Assembly (NCBI GenBank): GCA_963707025.1
Contig: CAVPOM010000012.1
Span: 192,001-256,000, forward strand
Source: an uncultured Verrucomicrobiae bacterium
GTDB taxonomy: Bacteria; Verrucomicrobiota; Verrucomicrobiia; Limisphaerales; Palsa-1400
Length of the DNA: 64,000 bases
Direction of reading: 5' to 3'
Positions 7,845 to 17,770 of the stretch are shown one piece after another. The notes under the pieces were generated by a model. It saw nothing but the letters and a program-made list of their open reading frames with translations, was not told the DNA's origin and did not search any database. The position numbers were made by a program, and so were the translations under genes. Numbering within the stretch: position 1 is the stretch's first letter; each line of letters starts with the position of its first letter.

Positions 7845-9680
7845 ATGTTGCCCCGCAATCGGCCCATGAGCGCCAATCTGACGAATAACTTTCCCCACCG
7901 GACGTTGTTTCCCCGGCGGGGTGTTTGCGGCCGATATGCCCGCCGCCCTGTCACCCGTTGTGCCAGGGCGGCGGCGGCACATGTCGGCCTCCTTCTCTTC
8001 ACGGTTTTCTTTTGTTGCGTCGCGCCGGCCCGCGCTCAATTTGCCATCCCCGTCCGCATCGGCGCGGATGTGGTCAACCCTGGCGGCAACGTCGCCCGCG
8101 CTCTGATAACCGGAAATTCCTGGGAATTCGACGTGGCCATCCTGGCCAACGGCCAGGTGTCAAACATCTGGCCCTACACCTCGACAATCACTCTCTCCAT
8201 TTGCACCGGGCAGAATGCCACGGCCACGCCCCTTCTATCTGCCACTCTCACCAACGGCAATCCGCTTTGCACAAATTTTGCCGATGCAACTGTGTCGTCT
8301 ATAAATACGAATCTTTCTCAATCGGCCTGGTCGAACAATGGCGGCATCGGCCCGCTCGGTTATCCCACCAATTTGCACGCCCGCTTCGTCTTTCCCTCCG
8401 CGCAGACTGCCATCAGCTTGAGCGGCGGAATCAGCCGGCAATGTGTTTTGTTCATCACTCTGACTTCAACCAATGCGACCGCCCCTCAAATTCTCACCGC
8501 CTTTATCGGCACTGTCAGCCTGAGTGCCGGCTCGACGCTTGGGGGAGCCTCCGTCCCCATCCCCTACGCCGTAATCGTCAACGGCGCTGGCACTTTGCAA
8601 AGCCCGGCCAACTTCTTCACCGCCTCGCTGCCCTGGTATCCTTCGACCATCTTCATCTCGACTGCGGGCAGCGACACCAACGCCGGCACGAACCTGCTTT
8701 CGCCTTTCCTCACCCTGACCAACGCCCTCACAACCGCCTCCAACCTCGGCGGCAACGTGACGATCCAGCTGGGCGCCGGCTCTTTCCCTGTGCCGCCCAA
8801 CGCCGCCTATATCAACACCAACATCGCGCTCATCGGAGAGGGCGCGGGCGCGACCTTTATTGTGACGCCGACTACCGCGAATGGAGCGGGTCTCGTCGTG
8901 GCCGGGGATAATGTCTATTTGCGGGGATTCAGTTTTGGCACCAACACTCACTCAGGCACCGCCTACTTCCCGCTCGTGCCGCTGCGCGGCACCAATTTCT
9001 ATGCGCAGGACCTCATCGGGAGCGGGGATTCTGATGTGGTATATGTAACCGGATCGTTTAACTGGACCTCCGCTTTCACCGGCTCTTTTGTGAATTGTGT
9101 CTTTTATTCCGGGTATGATTGTGTGAATTGTGAAGCGGGCTACGAAACCTCTTCGGGCGCCAGCACCAACAGCATTCTTTCGTTCGCCGGATGCAGCTTC
9201 AACGTCGTTGCCGACCCAGGTTTTGGCGCTCGTATGTCGCGGGGCATTTACCACACGACCGGCAATCTCTTCGTGGCGGATTGCTCTTTTAATATCACCA
9301 ATAATGCCAATGTCTATACGACGGGCATTGAGGCTTCAACCGACAACAGCAGTGTTGCAAATATCGCCACCGCGACCGTGCGCAACTGCGCGTTTAACGT
9401 CACCAACACGGCCCACCCGGCCGAGGTTTCGGGCATTGTGTTGAACAGCGCGGCCGGCGCGCCCGCTGTCCTCAACGTGATCGGCCCCATCAATCCGGGC
9501 AGCATCAATAATTCCACCGGCACAGTCAACTACGATTCGGCGCAGTTTGCCTCCCTGGCTTTTGTGGGCGCTGGCGTCACCGCGCCCGTCGCCATCGCCG
9601 GAGTGGGCCAGCTTTGGGTTTCAAATAACTGCCTGATGTATGTAACCACGGCCCACACGAACCTTATCACCCTTCCATGA
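7845..9680 (+). CDS. Right-handed beta-helix (pectin-lyase-like, tailspike-like) protein with a signal-like N-terminus
   Basis: IFISTAGSDTNAGT..SPFLTLTNAL..VTIQLGAGSF cap motif, repeated (V/A)xCxF rungs, hydrophobic stretch ending APARA-Q; start uncertain. Confidence 0.75.
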   Translation: MLPRNRPMSANLTNNFPHRTLFPRRGVCGRYARRPVTRCARAAAAHVGLLLFTVFFCCVAPARAQFAIPVRIGADVVNPGGNVARALITGNSWEFDVAILANGQVSNIWPYTSTITLSICTGQNATATPLLSATLTNGNPLCTNFADATVSSINTNLSQSAWSNNGGIGPLGYPTNLHARFVFPSAQTAISLSGGISRQCVLFITLTSTNATAPQILTAFIGTVSLSAGSTLGGASVPIPYAVIVNGAGTLQSPANFFTASLPWYPSTIFISTAGSDTNAGTNLLSPFLTLTNALTTASNLGGNVTIQLGAGSFPVPPNAAYINTNIALIGEGAGATFIVTPTTANGAGLVVAGDNVYLRGFSFGTNTHSGTAYFPLVPLRGTNFYAQDLIGSGDSDVVYVTGSFNWTSAFTGSFVNCVFYSGYDCVNCEAGYETSSGASTNSILSFAGCSFNVVADPGFGARMSRGIYHTTGNLFVADCSFNITNNANVYTTGIEASTDNSSVANIATATVRNCAFNVTNTAHPAEVSGIVLNSAAGAPAVLNVIGPINPGSINNSTGTVNYDSAQFASLAFVGAGVTAPVAIAGVGQLWVSNNCLMYVTTAHTNLITLP

Positions 9681-10285
9681 GCGCCGCGCCCTCCATTTCA
9701 AAAACCCTTTCCAGCCCGGCCCGCCTGGCCGCTGGAATTGACGGCTCTGGCCTGACGAAAAAAACCAACGGGCGCGCCGTGGCGGACGTGCCCCGTTCCA
9801 TCCCGGCCTGCGCTGTCAGCATCGCAACGGCCCCGGTTCAAGCGCCTTCCACCGTGTTCATAAACATCCGGCGGCCTCTTATGTCCGTTTGGGGCGTGGC
9901 ACTCCTGCTGAATCAAAGCGAGGAATTTGTGGAGACGGCCGTTGAAGACGGGCGGTTGGCCTGGGCTTTCAACATTAGCGGCCCCGGCTCGCACACCCGC
10001 TGCGTCCGCGTGTTCACCCGCTGCGTTCTGGATTGTTGCGCCAGCGTCAAGAACTCCTACACCGCCCCTTTTGTCCTGAATGCGATTTTCCCGGAAGCGC
10101 GTGCAAAATTCCACACCCATGAAATCGCCTATGCTTGGCATTGTGGCGTGGATCAAATTCGCCTCCTGGCCGAAAAGGGCGTTCTGAAGAAGTTGCCCGG
10201 CGGACCTCGCAGAGGACCAAACTCGGTGGTCTATTTTTCCAGAGCCGTCCTGGCCGATTTCCTCACCAGCCGACGCATCACATGA
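9677..10285 (+). CDS. Putative DNA-binding protein with two excisionase-like winged-HTH segments
   Basis: LMSVWGVALLLNQSEEFVETAVEDGRL and FHTHEIAYAWHCGVDQIRLLAEKGVL; ATGA-coupled. Confidence 0.55.
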   Translation: MSAAPSISKTLSSPARLAAGIDGSGLTKKTNGRAVADVPRSIPACAVSIATAPVQAPSTVFINIRRPLMSVWGVALLLNQSEEFVETAVEDGRLAWAFNISGPGSHTRCVRVFTRCVLDCCASVKNSYTAPFVLNAIFPEARAKFHTHEIAYAWHCGVDQIRLLAEKGVLKKLPGGPRRGPNSVVYFSRAVLADFLTSRRIT

Positions 10286-10614
10286 GATTCGCCCAAACAA
10301 TTTTGATTGAAACTCCAGGCGGCCCGGCCCTGCGCCTGGCTTCGATTTTTCGATTTAGTAGGAGGACCCCGGCCGCGAAAGCGGTCCAACGGGGCGGACG
10401 TGGAATCATGGCCGCCCTGTCTTTCCTCGCGAGTGGTGGTGGGGGCGTCAAGCATACGAAACTATGCCCTTCTTCTCCCCAAACCAAAACGGCCGCGCCC
10501 CCTTCGTGGAAGCGGGGGGCGTCGGCCCATTTTTTCCACGGCAGAGCCTCCACACCAAACCCGGCGGACACACCCTGGACAAAAAAGAAGCGTCCGCCAC
10601 AGCCCAAGTATTGA
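10282..10614 (+). CDS. Hypothetical protein
   Basis: ATGA overlap upstream; stop lies just before the next ATG; basic and low complexity. Confidence 0.35.
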   Translation: MRFAQTILIETPGGPALRLASIFRFSRRTPAAKAVQRGGRGIMAALSFLASGGGGVKHTKLCPSSPQTKTAAPPSWKRGASAHFFHGRASTPNPADTPWTKKKRPPQPKY

Positions 10615-10615
10615 C

Positions 10616-11320
10616 ATGAACAAGAAGCTTCCACATAAAACCGCAGCTCAGAAACCCTCCCCTCCGCCCGATCCCGCCGCCGCCATTCCGCCAGATGTTC
10701 AAGCTCTTCTCGAAAAAGCCCCCCGCCAGAGCCAAAAAACCTTTCGCCTTTGGCTTGCCGCCATCACTGCCCTGGACGCCGCCCCAAACTTACAGAAACG
10801 TGCCACAGCCCGCGTTTGGGCGCGCCGGCTTTCCGTCCGCCCTTCCACCGTCTATAACAAGCGATTCCAGTTTCGGAAAGACGGCCCCATTGCCCTGCTC
10901 GACAAACGCTTTTCAGGCGACCTCTGGAAAGGAAACCGCAGCGGCCTGCCCGGCCTGGCCATCGCCCATTTGAAGCAACTTTCCGACGCCGGGCAACTTC
11001 CCGCAAAGGATGCCATCCGCGCCCTCTTCGCCCAATTGGAACGCTGGCGTGCCGGCGACGCCTCCGCAAGAATTCCTGGCTACGGCCTGCCGCCGGCGGG
11101 CAATCCGCCGAAAGGTTGGACTTCGCGCAACCTGGCCCGGTTTCTTGCGCCCCGCGCCCGCCGCCCCGCGCCCGGCCACGCCGTGTTCAAAGTCGAACTC
11201 GCTCTTCGAAAACAGGGGGACGCCTTGGTCCTGTTCGCCCGCCAGACGTTGCCAAAATCCTCCGCCAAAGCCGCCCCTCTGGCCCGATCCGGCGGCAAAC
11301 TCAAGGTGGTTTTATGCTGA
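10616..11320 (+). CDS. Stand-alone Mu-transposase-like N-terminal DNA-binding protein with no DDE core
   Basis: HTH ARRLSVRPSTVYNKRFQFRKDGPIALLDKR followed by IPGY...PKGWTSRNLARF. Confidence 0.6.
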   Translation: MNKKLPHKTAAQKPSPPPDPAAAIPPDVQALLEKAPRQSQKTFRLWLAAITALDAAPNLQKRATARVWARRLSVRPSTVYNKRFQFRKDGPIALLDKRFSGDLWKGNRSGLPGLAIAHLKQLSDAGQLPAKDAIRALFAQLERWRAGDASARIPGYGLPPAGNPPKGWTSRNLARFLAPRARRPAPGHAVFKVELALRKQGDALVLFARQTLPKSSAKAAPLARSGGKLKVVLC

Positions 11321-11547
11321 CAACCCCCTTCCATCAAAAGTGCCCGTCTGGCGCGCCAGGATGCCCGCAGAGCGTTTCGGGGGTATCACCCGCCAGCCCC
11401 CGGTTGCAAGCGCCCTGCAAGGCCCTTTCCGGCCCTGCTATCCCTAAATTCAAGCCTCTTGATCCAGGTTTTCCGCGATTCGCCTTTTTCCGCCATTTTG
11501 CACTCTGCATTCTGCATTCTGCATTTCCAGCGGAGGTTTCCCTATGA
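11314..11547 (+). CDS. Short hypothetical ORF coupled to the transposase
   Basis: Overlaps both neighbours; may be non-coding. Confidence 0.3.
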   Translation: MLTTPFHQKCPSGAPGCPQSVSGVSPASPRLQAPCKALSGPAIPKFKPLDPGFPRFAFFRHFALCILHSAFPAEVSL

Positions 11548-14267
11548 CCGCCGCGCCCGCCTTCACCGCCGGCCAGATTGCCGACGCGCTGAATTGCTCG
11601 CCCCAAGCCGTCCGCCAGCGCCTTGACGGCATTCCCGGCCAGACGCGGATCGTCCAAGGCGGCCCGGCACTGGCGTGGCCCGTTCAAGCCCTGCCCGGTC
11701 CCGTCCAAACCGAATTGGAAGCAAATGCCGATGCTCGCGGATATCGCAGCCCGCTTCAATTGCTGGCCCACACCGCCGCCGGTTGGCAACCAAAAATCCC
11801 CCTGGCCGAAGCCGCGCCGTCCGCCGTTGAAAAAGCCGTTAAGCTCAAGGCCGCGCTCGCGCCGGCGCTGGCCCGCCTGGACGATCCGGCGCCGGATCGC
11901 GCCGAATCGGAAGAGCTTGCCCTGGCCGAATACCTCAAACAATTCGGCCATGCCATCACCGGCCGCCACTGGCGCAGATTGTTTCACCGCACCCTTGAAC
12001 GCGACGGCGGCGCTCGCGCCTGGCATCGGCTCGAATTATTCCTGGATGACGACGCTGGCCGCCGTGTCCCCGCCAACCGCGCCAGCATCATCGCCCGCGA
12101 ACTTCACGCGCCCCTGGCCGATGCCCTGGACACCCTGGAAAACAAAGCCAAGCCAACCGCAGATGACCGCGCTTTTCTCTTTCACCAAAGCTTCACCCAT
12201 TTTGAGGCGCTGCTTGAAAAGAGCAAGGACCGCCCGGCGCGCCGCCTGCTCAAATCCAGCCTGATTGACTACGTTTTTTCCGCCGTGCCCGGCCTGGCCA
12301 AAAGCGAAAAATCTTTCCGCCAGGTCTTTTCAATGAAATTCCGCGCCTGGCAGGACGGCGGCCGGACCCTGGAATCCGTCCGCGACGCCCGCTCCATGAA
12401 GTCCGGCAATTTCCGCCGCCCCGACTTCACGGAGGATGAAAAGAAAATCCGCGACCTTGCCATTTTGCACGGCGGCAACATCGCCCTGGCTCACCGCAAG
12501 CTGCGCCAGAGCGGCGAACTGTCCCCGGCCTTTGTTGACTATCACCAGTTTGACCCCCGCCAGAATAAGTCCTACGTCCCCGCCACGGTCCGCGCCGCTA
12601 TCACCCCGGACGTGGATATGTGCGCGGCCATCCATCGCGGCCCCTGGCAGGCCAAAATGCGTGGCCCCTACATTCCCCGCGATTGGAGCAACGTCGCCCC
12701 GGCTGACTGGTTTTCGGCGGACGATATTACCTTCAACAGCTACTTCTATTTCTATGACGGCGCCGGCCAGCTCCACATTGAGCGCGGCGAGTGCCTTGTG
12801 ATGATTGACTTCCGCACAGGTTACATTCTCGACTACGTTCTGATTGCCGGCCGTTACAATGCCCGCCACATCCGAAAACTGATTCTCCGCGTCCATGACC
12901 GCCACGGCCTTCCCCGCATCGGCTTTTACTTTGAAAAGGGCGTCTGGAAAGCCCGGATGATTGAAGAGCTTGACAAGAAACATTCCCTCCACTGGCGCGA
13001 AACCGAATGCGGATTGCAAGAACCGGGCATCGGCCTGACCGTCCGCCACGCCACAACGCCCCGCGCCAAGACCATTGAGGGACTCATTCGCATCTGGCAG
13101 GAACGCCAGCGCGCCGAACCCGGCTTTGTCGGTTTCAACGAACGCAGTCAGGAAATGGAGCGGATGCAGGACAAGCTCGCCCGCGCCCGCCGGCACAAAC
13201 TTGACCCCGCCTCTTTCCTTTTGACGATGGAACAATGGGGCGAGCGCCTGGATGCCACTTTTGAGGAATTCAACGCGGACCCGCAGAACGGCAAAATGCT
13301 GGCCGGCGCTTCCCCATTTGAAGCCTGGCGCGCCGGCCTGGAATCCAAGCCCGTCCGCAAACTGCCGGACAACGCCCGCTATTTGCTTGCCTCGCACTGC
13401 AAGCGTCTCACCGTCCGCCAGAGCGGAATCACCTTGACTATCGGCGGCGAGCGAATGCTTTACGCCAATGAACACACTGGCGCTCTGATAGGCCGCGAAG
13501 TCCTGGCCTATTATCACGTTGACTACCCGGACTTGCTAACCGTGGCCGACTTGAACCGCCAAAATCCATTCACCGTGAAACGACTTCTTTTGCCCGCCAT
13601 GACCGCCACGAAAGGGCAACTTGGGGAAGCCCATGCCGCCATTGCCGGACACCGCCAGGCCGCGAAAGTCATTTACGGCGGAATCCGTCACCCCGTCATT
13701 TCCACGATCGCCCGCGACAACGAACAGGACGCCGATTCGGCCGCCCTTGGCGAATTCCAAAACCGCGAAATGGCCGCCTTTGAAACCGAGCAATCCGCCG
13801 ACACCCGCAAACTCCGCAAAATCCAGAGGACGGCCGCCGCCGCCGGCATTGCGACGCCCCGCAACATCCGCAACCCGGATCGCGTCCAAGAGGGATTGGA
13901 CCGCGAGCGGGAAATTATGGAACGCCTCGCGCGCAAACGGAAACCCTTCGCGCCGGCCCGGTCCACCGGCGGGCTTGTCGAGATTGACTGCCAGAAAACC
14001 TACGTGCTTGACGCCGCCGCCGCACCCGCCGCCAATCCGACGCCCGCCAAGTATTGGGCGCTCTGGAAACAGATTGAACAATTCCAGCCCGCTTCATTCC
14101 GGAACGCCCTCACACAAAAGGCCATCGGGCATCATCCCAAGCCGCAAGACATGACGCCAGCCGAGTTGCAGAAAATGATTGAAATTTTCACCTCCATCTT
14201 GCGCCAGTCCGCCAAAGGCCAGGCGACGGCGGACGCCCCAAAACCCTCCACAACCCAAACAGCATGA
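11544..14267 (+). CDS. Mu-family (MuA/TnsB-like) DDE transposase
   Basis: N-terminal HTH; catalytic motifs WFSADDITFN, FYFEKG, PRAKTIEG; Mu-type C-terminal beta-barrel region. Confidence 0.9.
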   Translation: MTAAPAFTAGQIADALNCSPQAVRQRLDGIPGQTRIVQGGPALAWPVQALPGPVQTELEANADARGYRSPLQLLAHTAAGWQPKIPLAEAAPSAVEKAVKLKAALAPALARLDDPAPDRAESEELALAEYLKQFGHAITGRHWRRLFHRTLERDGGARAWHRLELFLDDDAGRRVPANRASIIARELHAPLADALDTLENKAKPTADDRAFLFHQSFTHFEALLEKSKDRPARRLLKSSLIDYVFSAVPGLAKSEKSFRQVFSMKFRAWQDGGRTLESVRDARSMKSGNFRRPDFTEDEKKIRDLAILHGGNIALAHRKLRQSGELSPAFVDYHQFDPRQNKSYVPATVRAAITPDVDMCAAIHRGPWQAKMRGPYIPRDWSNVAPADWFSADDITFNSYFYFYDGAGQLHIERGECLVMIDFRTGYILDYVLIAGRYNARHIRKLILRVHDRHGLPRIGFYFEKGVWKARMIEELDKKHSLHWRETECGLQEPGIGLTVRHATTPRAKTIEGLIRIWQERQRAEPGFVGFNERSQEMERMQDKLARARRHKLDPASFLLTMEQWGERLDATFEEFNADPQNGKMLAGASPFEAWRAGLESKPVRKLPDNARYLLASHCKRLTVRQSGITLTIGGERMLYANEHTGALIGREVLAYYHVDYPDLLTVADLNRQNPFTVKRLLLPAMTATKGQLGEAHAAIAGHRQAAKVIYGGIRHPVISTIARDNEQDADSAALGEFQNREMAAFETEQSADTRKLRKIQRTAAAAGIATPRNIRNPDRVQEGLDREREIMERLARKRKPFAPARSTGGLVEIDCQKTYVLDAAAAPAANPTPAKYWALWKQIEQFQPASFRNALTQKAIGHHPKPQDMTPAELQKMIEIFTSILRQSAKGQATADAPKPSTTQTA

Positions 14268-15838
14268 GCGTATCCATTATCCGCCCCGAAACCGTCGCCG
14301 CCAAACTGGCCGCCGCCGCCAATCTCTCACAGCCCCTCTTGGCGGAGGAATTCGCCGAACAGCCGCGCCTTGTAGAATTGCTCTGGTTTCTGCAATGGGA
14401 ATCCATGCAACCCGGCGGCCTGGAAAAATTCACCCTGGCCCTTCTTGCGGAATTCCCCGGCCGCATCGGCCCGGCCGCGCTCCTGAGCGCCGGCGCTGGC
14501 AAGCTCACGCAAAAGGAATGCCTCGAAATCTGGCGTCAAATCCCGCCCGGTTATTGGCGCGACATCCTGCCTGACAATGCCTGGCACATGGAAAGTCTGC
14601 GCTCTAGTGAGGATTACGCTGAAAAGGCTTGGGTTGGCGAACGGGTCTTGCCGCAAGAAGAATCGCGCCTGGCCGCCGCGCTGGCGAAATTGAACCGTCA
14701 AGCCTTCGTGGAAGCGGCCACGGCCGCCGCCGAAACAAGCCTGGCCGCTTATCTCACGTCCCTCTGCAATGAGGTCAACAGGCCGCAAAGACACGCTGAC
14801 GGCGAAATGGGCGAGCCTTTAACGAATCCGCCTTGGTATTTTGCCGACATCCTGCCGACGCTCTTTGCCGCGATGGATTCTCACGCGCAGCGCGCCCGCC
14901 AAGGCATCGCTATGACTGAGGTTGCGTTGAAGGTGTTCGACGCCCTGGAATACGCCTGGTCAGAAAAGGCCCTGGTGAATGTCCAGGGCGATTCTCGCTT
15001 TGGAAAAACCGAAGCCGTCAAGACCTGGTGTGCGATGCACCCCGGCAAGGCCCGGCTTGTCACCGTCCCTTGCTCCAACGGCGCGGCGGAGTTATATCGC
15101 GCCTTTGCGGACGCGCTTGGCATCGAGCACTCCTACAAAACGGCCCCGCTCAAGCTCAAGGAACTTGTCGAATTCACCGTCAAGCACAGCGGTTTGATGT
15201 TCGTTGCGGACGAAGCTCACTTTTTGTTTCCGGCCGCCTCTTACAAAAACAGCCCGCCGATGCGATTGAACTGGCTCCGCACTCAAGTCGTGGACCGCAG
15301 CCTGGCCGTGGCGCTGGTGAGCACGCCGCAAGACTATAACCATGCCGCCGCCAAGTTTGTCAAAGCCAGCGGATTCAACCTGGCACAGTGGACCGGCCGC
15401 AAAGCACTGCAAGTCAACCTTCCCGCCGAACTGGACTTTGACGACTTGCTCGCGATTGCGAAATTGAAAGCCCCGGACCTGGACGGCGATTTTCAGGAAT
15501 TGATCGCGGCCAAAGCCCTGCAATCCGAAAACTACATCATGGCCGTTGACGCCATCGCCAAACGCGCCCGCTACGTCGCCAAGCGCGACGGCCACGCGGA
15601 AACCACGCTTGCCGATGTCACCCTGGCCATCGCGGAGGTTATCCCCGCCAGCGCCAGCGCCCCGGCCCCGGCCGGCGCTTTCGCCAGGCCCGCGCCGGCT
15701 GTTGCCCCTATCCGCCAGCCGCGCCGCGCCGCCGCCGCCAATCATCCCCGATCCATCCGCCCCGCCGCGCCCGATCCCGTGCCGGCGCTGCCAATTTCGC
15801 CGCAACGTCAAGCCATCCCGGCCTTAGTTGCCGCGTAA
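14264..15838 (+). CDS. MuB/TnsC-like AAA+ ATPase
   Basis: Walker A GDSRFGKT, Walker B FVADEAH; ATGA-coupled to the transposase. Confidence 0.9.
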   Translation: MSVSIIRPETVAAKLAAAANLSQPLLAEEFAEQPRLVELLWFLQWESMQPGGLEKFTLALLAEFPGRIGPAALLSAGAGKLTQKECLEIWRQIPPGYWRDILPDNAWHMESLRSSEDYAEKAWVGERVLPQEESRLAAALAKLNRQAFVEAATAAAETSLAAYLTSLCNEVNRPQRHADGEMGEPLTNPPWYFADILPTLFAAMDSHAQRARQGIAMTEVALKVFDALEYAWSEKALVNVQGDSRFGKTEAVKTWCAMHPGKARLVTVPCSNGAAELYRAFADALGIEHSYKTAPLKLKELVEFTVKHSGLMFVADEAHFLFPAASYKNSPPMRLNWLRTQVVDRSLAVALVSTPQDYNHAAAKFVKASGFNLAQWTGRKALQVNLPAELDFDDLLAIAKLKAPDLDGDFQELIAAKALQSENYIMAVDAIAKRARYVAKRDGHAETTLADVTLAIAEVIPASASAPAPAGAFARPAPAVAPIRQPRRAAAANHPRSIRPAAPDPVPALPISPQRQAIPALVAA

Positions 15839-15850
15839 ACCAAGAAGCCT

Positions 15851-17294
15851 ATGAGTGAATCCGCTGGCAAATACACAATCAAAATCAAAACCGAGCTTGA
15901 GGGCAGCGGCGCGCAGCAAGCCGCCAAGGATGTAAAAGACATCGGCGCGCAAGCCGAAATCAGCCACAAGTCCCTCCGCGAAATTGAGCGTCTCTTGAGC
16001 AAGGGCGGACTTGGCCAGATTGGCGAGATTCTCCGTGCCGCCTTCAACCCGGTCCTGCTTGCCGGCGCCGGCATAGTGGGAATTCTTGAACAGTGGCACA
16101 AGCGGCAGGAAATGATCCATGAGCAAAATCTCAAGCTGATAACGGACGCCGAGGAATACGCGGATCGTCACCGCAAGCTTGCCGCCGCCATCCAAAACCA
16201 ACTTCTTGACTCTCTTAACGCGGCCAAAATCCATGTGGATCACCTGCATGATAGTTTTGACGCCGCCGCCGAAGCCGCCAAGTTGATGACGGATCACGCC
16301 AGCAACATGGCCGCCGCCGCAGAACGCCAGGCGGATGCCCAGGAACGGATCGCCCAGGCCGAAATCGCGCTTGCCGTGGCCAGCGGCCGGATCACCTCCG
16401 GCCAGGGACAGGAAATGCGCGATGCTGAGGAACTGGCCGCGCAGAAACGCAAAGACGCAGCCGAGAATGCCAGGATCGCCTCCGATCAGGCCCGCGCCCA
16501 GGCCGATGCTATGCGCGCCAAAGGCGGATCGTTGGAAACCAACGAAGCCGCCATTCAAACCACTAAGGACACCATCGCAGCCCTCAAAGGCTCTCACGCC
16601 TCCTCCGTCACCGCCGCCGCCGAAGCTCAAACGAAATTCGTTGAAGGCTTTTTTGGCGGGTATAAAAAGGACGTTGGCGGCATGATTGCGGCCGGAAAAT
16701 CCCCGGAGGAAATCCAAAAGTGGATTCAGCCCTTTGGCCAGGAAACGCAAAACCGATTCCAAGAGTGGCAGACAGCCTCCCGCGCCGCCCGCATGACCGA
16801 TCCGGCCCAACAAGAGCAGCATCTTCGTGACCTGGAACGCGAGCATAGCAAATTGGAAGCGCAGTTAGGCCGCTACGACAAGCTCGCCGATGCCCAGGAC
16901 GCCCTTGCCGAACAATATCTCCTGGCCGCCCAAAAACTGAAAGAGGATTTGCAGGATCGCGAGGGAACGCAGCCCGGCGATTATGCGGCGCGGGAGCAAG
17001 CCAACAAAAAGACCGCCGCCGCCCGTTTCATGGATGAATCGCGCAAGAACTACCCCAAAGCGGAATTCGGCCCGCCGGGCAACCAATCCCAACGCCACGC
17101 AAACGCAGCAAATCGAATACGAATTGAGTCAAGGGATCGGTGTGCTTGAGCTTCTGGGCAATAAAGTTCCCGTTGACCCCGCGCTAATCAGGCGGATCGT
17201 CGCCAATCTTAAAGCCTTAAACGATCACGTCACCTCCCATGCCGCCGCCCAAGAGAACCTGGAAAGCAGCTTGGCCGCCAGTCTCGGCCACTAA
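15851..17294 (+). CDS. Tape-measure-like, Ala-rich coiled-coil protein with a probable frameshift near 17070
   Basis: N-terminus YTIKIKTELEGSGA.., hydrophobic patch, long helical Ala/Glu/Gln region. The frame closes at 17149, but a second frame continues to a TAATG junction at 17294. Confidence 0.6.
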
Positions 17295-17443
17295 TGAACG
17301 CGCATTTACAATTCACCCCGCCACTCGCCCCTCCAACGGAACGCCGCCGGACTGCTATTGCTGTCAACATAGAGATTGCCGGCCTGTTGATGATCCCGCC
17401 CGCTTGCGAGATATTCATGGCCATTGTGCGGGCGGAATTGGAC
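17294..17443 (+). pseudogene. 5' part of a hypothetical gene split by island insertion
   Basis: Ends in AELD at the att repeat and joins in frame to 28984-29352. Confidence 0.75.
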
Positions 17444-17526
17444 TTAATCCACCGCAATTACGAAACAAATATACCTGTTTTCCCTCGGTAATCAAGTAAA
17501 ATCTCATTAACTCGGCCATACTGTTT

Positions 17527-17751
17527 TTAACTCTTTTGGTGTCCGTTTTGGTGTCCGTAATTCCGTCTCGGTGTGGTGAATAACAGCGCCGTCTGCGCGG
17601 ATTCGGCGGCACGGCGGGCGCGGTCGGCCTCGGCCTGTTCCCGGCTGATTCGGTCGCCGTCCAGGGTCGTTACGGTGAACAGGTTAAAAGTCTGTGGCGT
17701 GAACGAAAATTCGTGCTGCGGCACGGGCAAGCGGCGTTTGCTGTGTTTCAT
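17527..17751 (-). CDS. Small hypothetical island protein
   Basis: MKHSKRRLPVPQHEFSFTPQTFNLF..; Shine-Dalgarno-like AAGGAG upstream. Confidence 0.6.
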   Translation of the reverse strand: MKHSKRRLPVPQHEFSFTPQTFNLFTVTTLDGDRISREQAEADRARRAAESAQTALLFTTPRRNYGHQNGHQKS

Positions 17752-17770
17752 GGTGGGTGCTCCTTTGCGA

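Noticed and set aside
11544..15838. Tn7-like or CAST transposon
   Set aside because: No TnsA, TniQ/TnsD or Cas gene; the repressor/Ner context is Mu-like
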